Positions 9,516 through 19,477 of a stretch of 35,185 nt of DNA are shown in pieces. This DNA is from Propionivibrio sp. Lineage in GTDB: Bacteria; Pseudomonadota; Gammaproteobacteria; Burkholderiales; Rhodocyclaceae. The DNA is taken from assembly GCA_017990155.1 (NCBI GenBank), contig JAGNOM010000001.1:1-35185 (forward strand). The letters run 5' to 3'. The first letter of the stretch is position 1. Each line of letters opens with the position of its first letter. Made by a program: the position numbers and the translations under genes. The notes under the pieces were generated by a model that saw only the letters and a list, made by a program, of their open reading frames with translations, ran no database searches and was not told the DNA's origin.

Positions 9516-10859
9516 TCACTCCCCGCCGCCATCCGCCAATCCGTATTTCCTGATCTTGTCGTGCAGCGTCGTCTTGGCGATGCACAGCGCTTCGGCGCTG
9601 CGGGCGAGGCTGCCGTGGGTGCGGCGCAGGGCGTCGGCGATGAGGGCACGTTCGAAGGCTTCGACGGCTTCGGCGAGCGGGCGCGGGCCTTCTTCGACGG
9701 CATTGCCGAAGGGCGGCGCGCCGCTCTCGATGCCGAGCACGCGACGGTCGGCAACGTTGCGCAGCTCGCGTACGTTGCCAGGCCAGCGATAGCCGACCAG
9801 CTGATGCGTGCACGCCGGATCGCACTCGGGGACGGGGCGCCCGTGGCGTGCGGCGGCTTGCAACAGGAAGTGCTGAAAGAGCAACGGGATGTCTTCGCGC
9901 CGTTCGCGCAGCGGTGGCAGGGCAACGGTGGCAACGCTCAGGCGGTAATAGAGGTCGGCACGGAAGCGCCCCTGGTCGGCGAGGCCGAGCAGGTCTTCCT
10001 TGGTCGCGGCGATCACGCGGCAGTCGATCGGGATGGTGGTGTTGGACCCCAGGCGCTCAAGCGTCCTCTCCTGCAGCACACGTAGCAGCTTGATCTGCAT
10101 CGCCAGCGGCATCGTCTCGATCTCATCGAGGAAGAGCGTGCCGCCGTTGGCGTGCTCGATCTTGCCGATCCGCCGTTTGGCAGCGCCGGTGTAGGCGCCG
10201 GCTTCGTGGCCGAAGATCTCGCTCTCGAAGAGCGTTTCGGGTAGCCCGCCGCAGTTGATGGCGACGAAGTTGCCTTTGCGCCGCGCGCTCGCTTCGTGCA
10301 GACAGCGCGCGACGAGTTCCTTGCCGGTGCCGGTTTCGCCCTGGATCAGCACGTCGGCGGCACTGTCGGCGAGGCCGGCGATCATCTGCCGCACGCGAAC
10401 CATCGGCGCAGCGTTGCCGATCAGGCGCGCTTCGATCTGGTCGCGGCCTTCGAGCCGATAGCGCAGGTCGCGCACCTCGATGACGAGGCGCCGCTTCTCG
10501 AGCGCGCGGCGGACGACTTCGACGAGGTAGTCGGGCGAAAACGGCTTTTGGATGAAGTCGTAGGCGCCATCCTTCATCGCCTGCACCGCCATCGAAACAT
10601 CGCCGTGGCCGGTGATCAGGACCACCGGCAACTCCGCGTCGATGGCCTGAACTTCGCGCAGGAAGGCCATGCCGTCCATGCGCGGCAGACGGATGTCGCT
10701 GACGATGACGCCGCGAAAATCCTTCTGCAGCCGGCGCTGCCCTTCTTCGGCGCTGCCGACGCTCTCGGTGGCGATGCCTTCGAGTTGCAGCGCCTGTTCG
10801 CAGCCGAGGCGTACGTCGGGATCGTCTTCGATGATGAGAACCTTGAGGGCTTCGCTCAT
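9516..10859 (-). CDS. dctD: Sigma54-dependent response regulator, DctD/AauR family
   Basis: Receiver domain (IIEDD, SDIRLP, TGHG, KP), AAA+ domain with GETGTGKE, ESEIFGHE.GAYTGA, LFLDEIE and WPGNVREL, and a C-terminal Fis-type HTH. Confidence 0.88.
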   Translation of the reverse strand: MSEALKVLIIEDDPDVRLGCEQALQLEGIATESVGSAEEGQRRLQKDFRGVIVSDIRLPRMDGMAFLREVQAIDAELPVVLITGHGDVSMAVQAMKDGAYDFIQKPFSPDYLVEVVRRALEKRRLVIEVRDLRYRLEGRDQIEARLIGNAAPMVRVRQMIAGLADSAADVLIQGETGTGKELVARCLHEASARRKGNFVAINCGGLPETLFESEIFGHEAGAYTGAAKRRIGKIEHANGGTLFLDEIETMPLAMQIKLLRVLQERTLERLGSNTTIPIDCRVIAATKEDLLGLADQGRFRADLYYRLSVATVALPPLRERREDIPLLFQHFLLQAAARHGRPVPECDPACTHQLVGYRWPGNVRELRNVADRRVLGIESGAPPFGNAVEEGPRPLAEAVEAFERALIADALRRTHGSLARSAEALCIAKTTLHDKIRKYGLADGGGE

Positions 10860-12736
10860 GACTCGTGCTCTTCCTTGGCCAGCGGGATTTCCAGGGTAAA
10901 TAGCGCGCCGCCGTCCGAGTGGTTGGCGCCGCTCAGCGTCCCGCCGAAATCGCTGACGATCCCAGCGGAAATTGCGAGCCCCAGGCCGAGGCCGACGCCC
11001 GCTTCCTTGGTCGTGAAAAATGGCTCGAACAGATGGGCCTTGACGTCGTCCCCAAGGCCGGTGCCGTGGTCGCGTACGTCCAGGCGGACCATGCGGCCAC
11101 TGAGCGAGCCGTCGATCTCGACCAAGGCGTTGGGCTGCCCGTTCATCGCGTCGAGCGCGTTGCCGATCAGGTTGACCAGCACCTGTTCGAGCCGGTTGGC
11201 ATCACACAGCGCAAGCAGCGGATGCTCGGAAAAGCGCGTCTCGATGCGCGCATTGCTGGTTGCCACGCGCTGCTCAAGTAGCGCGACGGCGTGCCCGACG
11301 ACCTGACGGAGGTCGACCGGGTGGAGCTGCCCGCTCGACTTGCGGGCGAAGGTCTTGAGCTGGCCGGTGATCTGCCCCATACGGTCGACGAGCTGGGCGA
11401 TGCGTTCGAGGTTGGCGCGCGCGGTGGTTTCGTCGCCGCGCTCAAGGAACTTCGCGGTGTTGCCCGACAGCGTTCGTAGCGCCGCGAGCGGTTGGTTGAG
11501 TTCGTGCGCAATGCCGGCGGAGAGCTGGCCGATGACGGCGAGCTTGCCGGCCTGGATCAGTTCGCTCTGGGCGGCCTGCAGCGTGCGTTCGGCGCGCACG
11601 CGTTCGGCGATTTCTTCCTGCAGCTGTTGATTCGCCGCCGAGAGGTCGGCCGTGCGTTCCTCGACCTTGCGTTCGAGGTCGTCGTGCGCCTTCTGCAGGG
11701 CTTCGCGCGCGGCGAGGCGGTCGCTCAGGTGGCGGCGCCACTGGTAGACCATCATCGCCAGAATGCCGAGCAGTAGCGTGGAGATGCCGGCGACAGCGGC
11801 GCGGATCGCGCTGATATCGTCGACCGATTCGAGATGACTGAAGACGGTGAGCGTCCACGGCGTACCGGGCAAAGCGTGCGACTGGACGAGAAATTGCCCG
11901 GCGACGGCGTAGACCGACACCGTTTCCAGCGGATCGCGCGCGACGCGGACGAGGCGGGCGCCGTGATTGAGCACGGCGGTTTCGCGCACGCCGAGCGGTT
12001 GCAGCGCGCGGCGGTTGTATTGCTGCGTGCGGTCGAAGGCGTTGCGCGTACTTTCGTCGAGCGGGCGCAGCGTGGTGAATTTCCAGTCCGGCACCGAGCT
12101 GAGAATGACGACACCGTTTTCGTCGGCGACGAGCACCGGCGCCTCGACCGTCGACCACGACTTTTCCAGCTGGTCGAGGCCAACCTTGATGATCGCTACG
12201 CCGAGCGTGCGGCCGCCGTCGGAAAGGGCGGACGAGAGGTAGTAGCCCGGCTCGCTGCGCGTCGTGCCGATGCCAAAGAAACGGCCGCTGCCGCTCGCCA
12301 TCGCGTCGCGGAAATAGGGACGGAACGAGAGGTCTTCGCCGACGTAGCTGTCGGCGCGCCGCCAGTTGCTCGATACGAGCACGTGGCCGGTGTCGTCGAT
12401 GACGTAGATGGCGAGCGTGCCGGCGCGTTCGTTGAGTTGTTCGAGATAGCTGTTGATTCGGGCCGGCAGCTCCGGGCCGCCCTTCTTCTGCAACAGGTTG
12501 AGCACGTTGCGTTCGAGGCCGAGGGTGGCCGGGAAATAGGCGTACTTGCCGATTTCGCGCTCCAGGCTTGCCGAATAGAGGTCGAGCCGGTGGCGGCCCG
12601 TCGTCTGCAGCTCGGCGAGGCCCATGCTCTGGCTGACCTTGTACGTCGTCCATGACGCGGCGGCTGTCAGCACGGCCAAAGCCAGCAGCAGGGCGGCGAG
12701 ACGCAGCGGATGGCGGATGCGCATGGAGTCAGTCAC
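10856..12736 (-). CDS. dctB: DctB/AauS-family sensor histidine kinase with periplasmic dCache domain
   Basis: Two TM segments, SNW...SYVGEDLSFRPYF and FFGIGTT..EPGYY sensor motifs, H-box AHELNQPL, and LFEPFFTTK..GLGLGLAIS. The start may be the ATG at 12724. Extended -10 TGaTAAAAT at 12759-12751. Confidence 0.88.
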   Translation of the reverse strand: MTDSMRIRHPLRLAALLLALAVLTAAASWTTYKVSQSMGLAELQTTGRHRLDLYSASLEREIGKYAYFPATLGLERNVLNLLQKKGGPELPARINSYLEQLNERAGTLAIYVIDDTGHVLVSSNWRRADSYVGEDLSFRPYFRDAMASGSGRFFGIGTTRSEPGYYLSSALSDGGRTLGVAIIKVGLDQLEKSWSTVEAPVLVADENGVVILSSVPDWKFTTLRPLDESTRNAFDRTQQYNRRALQPLGVRETAVLNHGARLVRVARDPLETVSVYAVAGQFLVQSHALPGTPWTLTVFSHLESVDDISAIRAAVAGISTLLLGILAMMVYQWRRHLSDRLAAREALQKAHDDLERKVEERTADLSAANQQLQEEIAERVRAERTLQAAQSELIQAGKLAVIGQLSAGIAHELNQPLAALRTLSGNTAKFLERGDETTARANLERIAQLVDRMGQITGQLKTFARKSSGQLHPVDLRQVVGHAVALLEQRVATSNARIETRFSEHPLLALCDANRLEQVLVNLIGNALDAMNGQPNALVEIDGSLSGRMVRLDVRDHGTGLGDDVKAHLFEPFFTTKEAGVGLGLGLAISAGIVSDFGGTLSGANHSDGGALFTLEIPLAKEEHES

Positions 12737-12767
12737 GGGATGGGCTCTTCATTTTATCAGCGGCCGA

Positions 12768-12798
12768 AGTAAAACTGCCCCGGATGGCCGGGGCAGTT
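12768..12798 (-). terminator. Intrinsic terminator of the aspA-symporter operon
   Basis: - strand AACTGCCCCGG-CCAT-CCGGGGCAGTT followed by TTACTT. Confidence 0.65.
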
Positions 12799-12846
12799 GT
12801 GCAGTGCATGGCTACGGCCTTTGGCAAGTAGCGGGGGCGATGAAGC

Positions 12847-14133
12847 TCAATTCCACTTCGCGAGGTCGAGTTCCTGCTCCGACTTGGCGACGATGGCGCT
12901 GCCGGCCATGTCGCCGCCGACGTTGAGGCAGGTCCGGCCCATGTCGAGTAGCGCGTCGATGCCGAGGATCATCGCGTAGGCGGCGGCGACGGCCGAACCG
13001 GCTTCAACCTTCATGCCGATCGATTCGAGGACCATCAGCAGCATGATCGCGCCGGCACCCGGTACGCCCGCCGTGCCGATGCTGGCCAGCGTGGCGGTGA
13101 TGATCACCGTCAGTTGCTGGTCCATGGTCAACGGATTGCCGGTGGCGTAGCCAATGAACATCGCGCAGACGCCGAGGTAGATCGCGGTGCCGTCCATGTT
13201 GATGGTGGCGCCGAGTGGCAGGGTGAAGGAGCTGATGTTGCGCGGGATGCCGAGTTTTTCTTCGGAGCAGCGCATGGTGACTGGCAGCGTTCCGCCCGAG
13301 GAGCGGGTGACGAAGGCGGTGATCATCGCTTCGTTGGCGCCCTTGAGGAACTTGAAGAAGCCAAGACCGGCGACGGCCATGATGCCGCCGTAGCTGATGA
13401 CGAGATGCACCAGCAGGCCGACGTACACGGTCAGCGTCACGAAGAGCAGCGGGCCGAGCGCCTTGGCGCCTTGCTGCGCAAAGACCATGGCGATCAGGAA
13501 GAAGACGCCGATCGGCGCATATTCCATGATGCCGCGCACGATCTTGTACATCGTTTCGGCACCGGCATTCACCAGCTGGAAGAGCGTATCCGCGCCCTTG
13601 GCGACGACCGGGTCCTTCGAGTCTTTGACGTAGGCGATGGCCAGCCCGAACAGCACGGCGAAGAAGATGATCGGCAGCACGTCGCCCTTGGCCAGCGACT
13701 CGGCCGGGTTGGTCGGTACGATGTTGAGCAGGATCTGCGAGATCGTGGGCGATTCGGCAGCCTTGCCCTGCACGGCAGCGTCGCCGACGATGCCCATGCC
13801 GGCGCCCGGCTGGAAGACGTTGGCGAAGGCGAGGCCGATGGCGACGGCCAATGCCGAGGTGGCGAGGTAGTACGCCATGATCTTGACGCCGACGCGACCG
13901 AGGCGCGACGGCGCGATGCTCGCTGCACCGGCGATCAGCGAGAAGAGGATGACCGGCACGACGATCATCTTGAGCAGGCGGATGAAGATGTCACCGAAGA
14001 ACTTGGTGTTATCGACGAAGGCCTTGACCGTGTCCGGACTGCCGTAACCCAGCGCGATACCGACGACGGCGCCGGCGATGAGACCGATCAGAATCCGCGA
14101 TAGCAGATTCGATTTGAAGTACCAACTCAGCAT
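12847..14133 (-). CDS. Dicarboxylate/amino acid:cation symporter (GltP/GltPh-like, probably aspartate/glutamate)
   Basis: FIRLLKMIVVP, AFVTRSS.GTLP, LPLGATINMDGTAIY, ASIGTAGVPGAG and DALLDMGRT..NV.GD. These closely resemble the GltPh-type substrate and Na+ sites. Confidence 0.93.
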   Translation of the reverse strand: MLSWYFKSNLLSRILIGLIAGAVVGIALGYGSPDTVKAFVDNTKFFGDIFIRLLKMIVVPVILFSLIAGAASIAPSRLGRVGVKIMAYYLATSALAVAIGLAFANVFQPGAGMGIVGDAAVQGKAAESPTISQILLNIVPTNPAESLAKGDVLPIIFFAVLFGLAIAYVKDSKDPVVAKGADTLFQLVNAGAETMYKIVRGIMEYAPIGVFFLIAMVFAQQGAKALGPLLFVTLTVYVGLLVHLVISYGGIMAVAGLGFFKFLKGANEAMITAFVTRSSGGTLPVTMRCSEEKLGIPRNISSFTLPLGATINMDGTAIYLGVCAMFIGYATGNPLTMDQQLTVIITATLASIGTAGVPGAGAIMLLMVLESIGMKVEAGSAVAAAYAMILGIDALLDMGRTCLNVGGDMAGSAIVAKSEQELDLAKWN

Positions 14134-14205
14134 TTTATTGACCCTCCAGGGACTATTGAAAAGCGATTAACAAAGCGAATGAAGAACGATCAGGATTTGG
14201 TTTTC

Positions 14206-15615
<1,410 letters not shown>

Positions 15616-15679
15616 CGTGCACTCCTGCAATCGGTTTGCGGCGAAAAGCCCTGCCGCAACGGGGCGGCAGGGTTCTATC

Positions 15680-15695
15680 AGCATGGAGCGTGCCA
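15680..15695 (-). promoter_or_regulatory. Sigma54 (-24/-12) promoter of aspA
   Basis: - strand TGGCAC-GCTCC-ATGCT matches TGGCAC-N5-TTGCW, 65 bp upstream of the aspA start. A cognate sigma54 activator is encoded downstream. Confidence 0.85.
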
Positions 15696-15754
15696 GCTTA
15701 GGGATGGGCTAACAGGCTGATTACGTTGGAAAAAGAGAAGATTCCTCGGGCGGG

Positions 15755-15805
15755 TATTCGGATTTCCGGACAGGGACTGGCAAAATGCGTTCGGAAATCC
15801 GAACA
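15755..15805. promoter_or_regulatory. Tandem enhancer (UAS) palindromes for the DctD/AauR-type activator
   Basis: TATTCGGATTTCCGGACA (15755-15772) and CGTTCGGAAATCCGAACA (15788-15805) start 33 bp apart. Core is TTCGG-N4-CCGAA. Confidence 0.8.
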
Positions 15806-15987
15806 GCGCTTGGGGCGGAGCCGTGGGGTCAGCGCGTGAGTCGAATGATCACTGAACTAAAGCGGGCACAACGAGAACCCGCCGCGCAAAAGACTGACTG
15901 ATAATTTGAGCACCGTGCCGATTTCGTCATCGACTTTCGTTGTGCCCTTTGTGCTTAACTCCAACTTCGAGCCCTTCCCCGAAACCA

Positions 15988-17070
15988 ATGCCCAAACACC
16001 TCTTCGTCGACATCTCTTCGCACGGTCTCGGTCATCTGGCGCAGGTCGCGCCGATCCTGAATGAACTGACGCACCGCCGTCCTGACCTTCGCCTGACCAT
16101 CCGCAGCGGCGTTCCGGCCGAAAAGCTGCGCGCGCGCATCCGCTGTGACTTCACGCATATCACCGGACGCAGCGACTTCGGCTACGTCATGCTTGACGCC
16201 GTGCGCATCGATTTCGCATCGACCGCGGCGGCCTACCGCGCGCAGCACGCGAAATGGGCGCAGCGCGTCGCCGAAGAAGCTGGGCAGCTCGCCGCGCTGG
16301 AAGCCGATCTCGTCTTGACGGATGTCGCCTACCTGCCGCTTGCCGGTGCAACGCACACCGGCATCCCTTCGCTTTCGATGTGTTCGCTCAACTGGGCCGA
16401 TCTGTTTGCCCATTACTTCGGACGCGAGCGCTGGGCGCCGGAGATCCATCGGCAGATGCTCGATGCCTACCGCAGCGCCGAAGCCTTCTTGCGCCTGACG
16501 CCGGCGATGCCGATGGCGGATTTTCCGCGCCGGCAGACCGTCGCGCCGGTTGCTGCCGCAGGGCAGGATCGCCGCGCCGAACTGCGCGAACGCCTTGGCG
16601 TAGCGCCCGACACGAAGCTGGCACTGGTCGCGTTCGGCGGCTTCGACAAGGGGCTGGGCGCGGAGCAATGGCCCCCGACTCCCGGATTGCACTGGCTGAT
16701 TCCCGAAACCTGGCAGATCTGCCGCGAGGACATGGCGGCCACCGAGCCGCTCGGAATCCCCTTCCCCGATCTCTTGCGCAGCGTCGACGTCGTCCTCACC
16801 AAGCCCGGTTACGGCACCTTCGTTGAGGCGGCGTGCAACGGCACGGCGGTACTCTACCTGCGCCGCGACAACTGGCCTGAGCAGGATTGCCTGATCGAGT
16901 GGTTGCAGGAGAACGCCCACTGCCGCGAGGTCAACGAAACCGAACTCGCGTCGGGCGATTTGTCCGGCTTGCTCGATACGCTGTGGCAGCGAGCCCGCCC
17001 GCCGTTACCGCTGGCGCGCGGTGCGGAGGAAGCGGCGGCGCTGATCGAGCGCCACCTGCGTTCACACTGA
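15988..17070 (+). CDS. GT-B fold glycosyltransferase-like protein (resembles the N-terminal domain of L-arabinokinase-like proteins)
   Basis: N-terminal DISSHGLGHLAQ, D.VLTD..YLP, LVAFGG and D..LTKPGYGTFVEA motifs. Confidence 0.75.
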   Translation: MPKHLFVDISSHGLGHLAQVAPILNELTHRRPDLRLTIRSGVPAEKLRARIRCDFTHITGRSDFGYVMLDAVRIDFASTAAAYRAQHAKWAQRVAEEAGQLAALEADLVLTDVAYLPLAGATHTGIPSLSMCSLNWADLFAHYFGRERWAPEIHRQMLDAYRSAEAFLRLTPAMPMADFPRRQTVAPVAAAGQDRRAELRERLGVAPDTKLALVAFGGFDKGLGAEQWPPTPGLHWLIPETWQICREDMAATEPLGIPFPDLLRSVDVVLTKPGYGTFVEAACNGTAVLYLRRDNWPEQDCLIEWLQENAHCREVNETELASGDLSGLLDTLWQRARPPLPLARGAEEAAALIERHLRSH

Positions 17071-17076
17071 TGAGGC

Positions 17077-19038
17077 TCAGCCGCCGATCACGCCGCCATC
17101 TTCGCGCGTGATGGCGACAATCGACGGACGCGGCGGCACCCGGCGCACGGCGTCGAAGTCCGGCCAACGCGTCGAGGGGTTGTCGAAAGTCGAGTCCTTG
17201 TACTCGCCGGGGTGCTGGACGGCGACGAACAAGGTCTTGTTGTCCGGCGTGAAGGCCGGACCGCACATTTCGGCATCCTTCGGAACCGCGTAGAAGAACT
17301 TGGTCAGGCCACGCCCGGCGCCATTCACGTCGCAGGCATAGACGCCATCCGGGATACCGCTCTTGCGCTGCGACGATCCCTGGTCGGTCGTGATCCACAG
17401 GCGTCCCCGATTATCGAAGGTGCAGTTGTCCGGCGCTGCCAGCCAGTTGCCAAGTTTTTGCGTGTCCGGATGATACTTGGCGCCATGCTCCGGCTTGGCG
17501 GGATCGCCGGCGAGCAGCAGCACTTCCCAGCGGAATTCATCGGCCGTATGCAACGCCTGACGCGCGCCGTCGCTGCCTTCGGTGCCCGGCGGCAATAGTT
17601 CGACGATGTGGCCATAGAGATTGGTCGCGCGCGGGTGCAGCTTGCTGATCTGGTCCGGCTTGCGCGTGTTGTTGTTGGTCAGCATCACATAGACACGCCC
17701 GTTGACCGGGTTGGTCTCGACGTCTTCCGGGCGATCCATCGGCGTCGCGCCCAGGAGGTCGGCGGCGCGGCGGGTGTCGATCAGCACGTCGGCCTGGCTG
17801 TTGAATCCGTTGGCGGACGTCAGCGGTCCTTGGCCGAAGACCAGCGGCAGCCAGCGCAGCGTTCCCTGATCGTCGAACTTGGCGACAGAGAGAACGCCGT
17901 CGTCGAGCAGGTCGCGATTGGCGGCCGGGTTGTTCGGCACAAACTTCTTCGCGGTGACGAAGCGGTAGATGTACTCGAAGGCCTCATCGTCACCCGAGTA
18001 GACAACGACGCGGCCGTCCGGGGCGACGACGCAGGTCGCGGCTTCGTGTTTGAAGCGGCCCAGCGTGGTGCGCTTGATCGGTGTCGATTGCGGATCGTAC
18101 GGGTCAATCTCGACGACCCAGCCGAAACGATTCGGCTCGTTCGGATTCTTCTCGATGTCGAAGCGATCAAAGAAGCGCGACCAGCTGTAGCGCGACTTGC
18201 CCTTGATGCCGAGGCGCTTGTGGTTGACCGCTTCCGGCGTCTTGTCCGGGTCGCCGCCGAAGTAGGTGTTGAAGTTCTCCTCGGCGGTCAGCACCGTGCC
18301 CCACGGGGTGACGCCGCCGGAGCAGTTGTTGAGTGTGCCGATCACTCGCGTCCCGGTCGGATCGACCTTGGTCTTGAGGCGATCATGGCCCGCCGCCGGG
18401 CCGGCGACATGCATCTCCGTCGTGCGTGCGCTGATACGGCGGTTCAATCGGCCATCGGTTTCGACCTGCCAGCCGTTGGCGTCCTTGCGAATCTCGATGA
18501 TCGAGAGACCGTGCGCCGACAACTCGACTTCGGCCTGCTCGCGCGTCATCTTGCCGGCCGCATCGTTGGCGGTCAGTCCGGCAAACATCAGCTCGGGATT
18601 GGTGTACTCGTGGTTGACCGCCAGCAAGCCGTGCGTGCTGTTCTTCGAGCCGCGCGGCAGCGGCAGGAAGGCGACGAAGTCGTTGTTGTAGCCGAACTGC
18701 TTCTCCTGCGCCTCGGCGCTGAGGTTGAAGGGATCGAAGGCCGGCGCATCGCGCAACACCTTGTCGCCCCAACGGATCAGCACGTCGGCGCGATGGCTCT
18801 CGGCCGCCTGGTGGTAGACCTCGATCGAGTGCGCAGCCTGCGCGAAGCCGAGCGACGAGGGGTCCGTGACCGGGCTTGCCGCATGCGCCATCGGCGCGAC
18901 GACGGTCGCTGCACCGCACGCCAGCAGTCCCCTGAGCGCGGAGCGGCGCGAGAGACGGGCGTCGATCAGGTCGGAGAGCGGCTTGGAAATCTGCGTACTG
19001 GCGGGCTGCGACGCGTTCAAATCGTTCTTGCGGGTCAT
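17077..19038 (-). CDS. phoX: PhoX-family alkaline phosphatase, Tat-exported
   Basis: Twin-arginine SRRSALRG signal, FGYNNDF, VNHEY, NNCSGGVTPWGT.LT.EENF, LGRFKHE, ATPMDRPED, PDN, E.CGP.F and FV.VQHPGE. ATG at 19038 with RBS GAGG. Confidence 0.95.
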   Translation of the reverse strand: MTRKNDLNASQPASTQISKPLSDLIDARLSRRSALRGLLACGAATVVAPMAHAASPVTDPSSLGFAQAAHSIEVYHQAAESHRADVLIRWGDKVLRDAPAFDPFNLSAEAQEKQFGYNNDFVAFLPLPRGSKNSTHGLLAVNHEYTNPELMFAGLTANDAAGKMTREQAEVELSAHGLSIIEIRKDANGWQVETDGRLNRRISARTTEMHVAGPAAGHDRLKTKVDPTGTRVIGTLNNCSGGVTPWGTVLTAEENFNTYFGGDPDKTPEAVNHKRLGIKGKSRYSWSRFFDRFDIEKNPNEPNRFGWVVEIDPYDPQSTPIKRTTLGRFKHEAATCVVAPDGRVVVYSGDDEAFEYIYRFVTAKKFVPNNPAANRDLLDDGVLSVAKFDDQGTLRWLPLVFGQGPLTSANGFNSQADVLIDTRRAADLLGATPMDRPEDVETNPVNGRVYVMLTNNNTRKPDQISKLHPRATNLYGHIVELLPPGTEGSDGARQALHTADEFRWEVLLLAGDPAKPEHGAKYHPDTQKLGNWLAAPDNCTFDNRGRLWITTDQGSSQRKSGIPDGVYACDVNGAGRGLTKFFYAVPKDAEMCGPAFTPDNKTLFVAVQHPGEYKDSTFDNPSTRWPDFDAVRRVPPRPSIVAITREDGGVIGG

Positions 19039-19066
19039 CGTGATATTCCTCGAAACAGTCAGGCGA

Positions 19067-19297
19067 TCAGTGGAAGAAGTATTCCTTCTCGGCAGTGCAG
19101 TGCGGACAACGCCAGTCATCCGGCAAGTCCTCGAAGGGTGTTCCGGGCGCAGTCCGCGAAACAGTCTCGCCGACGTCGCCGTCATAGGTGTAGCCGCAAC
19201 GCGTACACACCCAGAGATCGAGCCGTCCGTCGGGACGACGCGCGATTCCGGGCAGAGATCTCGGGGAGTTCTCTCTATCGTTTTCGGCGCTACTCAT
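19067..19297 (-). CDS. Rubredoxin with an N-terminal extension (76 aa)
   Basis: WVCTRCGYTYD...PGTPFEDLPDDWRCPHC: both CxxC knuckles and the conserved aromatic residues are intact. Confidence 0.85.
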   Translation of the reverse strand: MSSAENDRENSPRSLPGIARRPDGRLDLWVCTRCGYTYDGDVGETVSRTAPGTPFEDLPDDWRCPHCTAEKEYFFH

Positions 19298-19323
19298 GAT
19301 GGCGGGAATCATCGCCGCACTTT

Positions 19324-19341
19324 GTTTCAGTCATATGACAT
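19324..19341 (-). promoter_or_regulatory. Putative Pho box facing rubredoxin-phoX
   Basis: - strand ATGTCAT-ATGA-CTGAAAC versus PhoB consensus CTGTCAT-N4-CTGTCAY. Confidence 0.6.
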
Positions 19342-19374
19342 GCATTGGATGCAAGCGCACCGGCCGGGAAAGCG

Positions 19375-19403
19375 GCTTCACAAAAGCGTCACACCGCCGT
19401 CAC
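19375..19403 (+). promoter_or_regulatory. Putative triple Pho half-box facing the porin
   Basis: GCTTCAC-AAAA-GCGTCAC-ACCG-CCGTCAC: three heptamers with an exact 11-bp period. Confidence 0.65.
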
Positions 19404-19477
19404 ATCCGTCGGCGACCATCCCGTCCGCTGAAGTCATGAGCAATCCATTACGGCAAATACAAGAAAGGAAGCATCCA

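Noticed and set aside
15649-15672. GC hairpin CCCTGCCGC-AACGGG-GCGGCAGGG upstream of aspA as a terminator or attenuator
   Set aside because: It overlaps the predicted sigma54 start site, so it may be only partly transcribed. Although followed by CTTTT on the - strand, its role cannot be supported without TSS data.
18866-19477. Long N-terminal extensions of the porin (from 18866) and phoX (from 19185) ORFs
   Set aside because: They overlap each other and the rubredoxin. Signal peptides and RBSs place the starts at 19478 and 19038.
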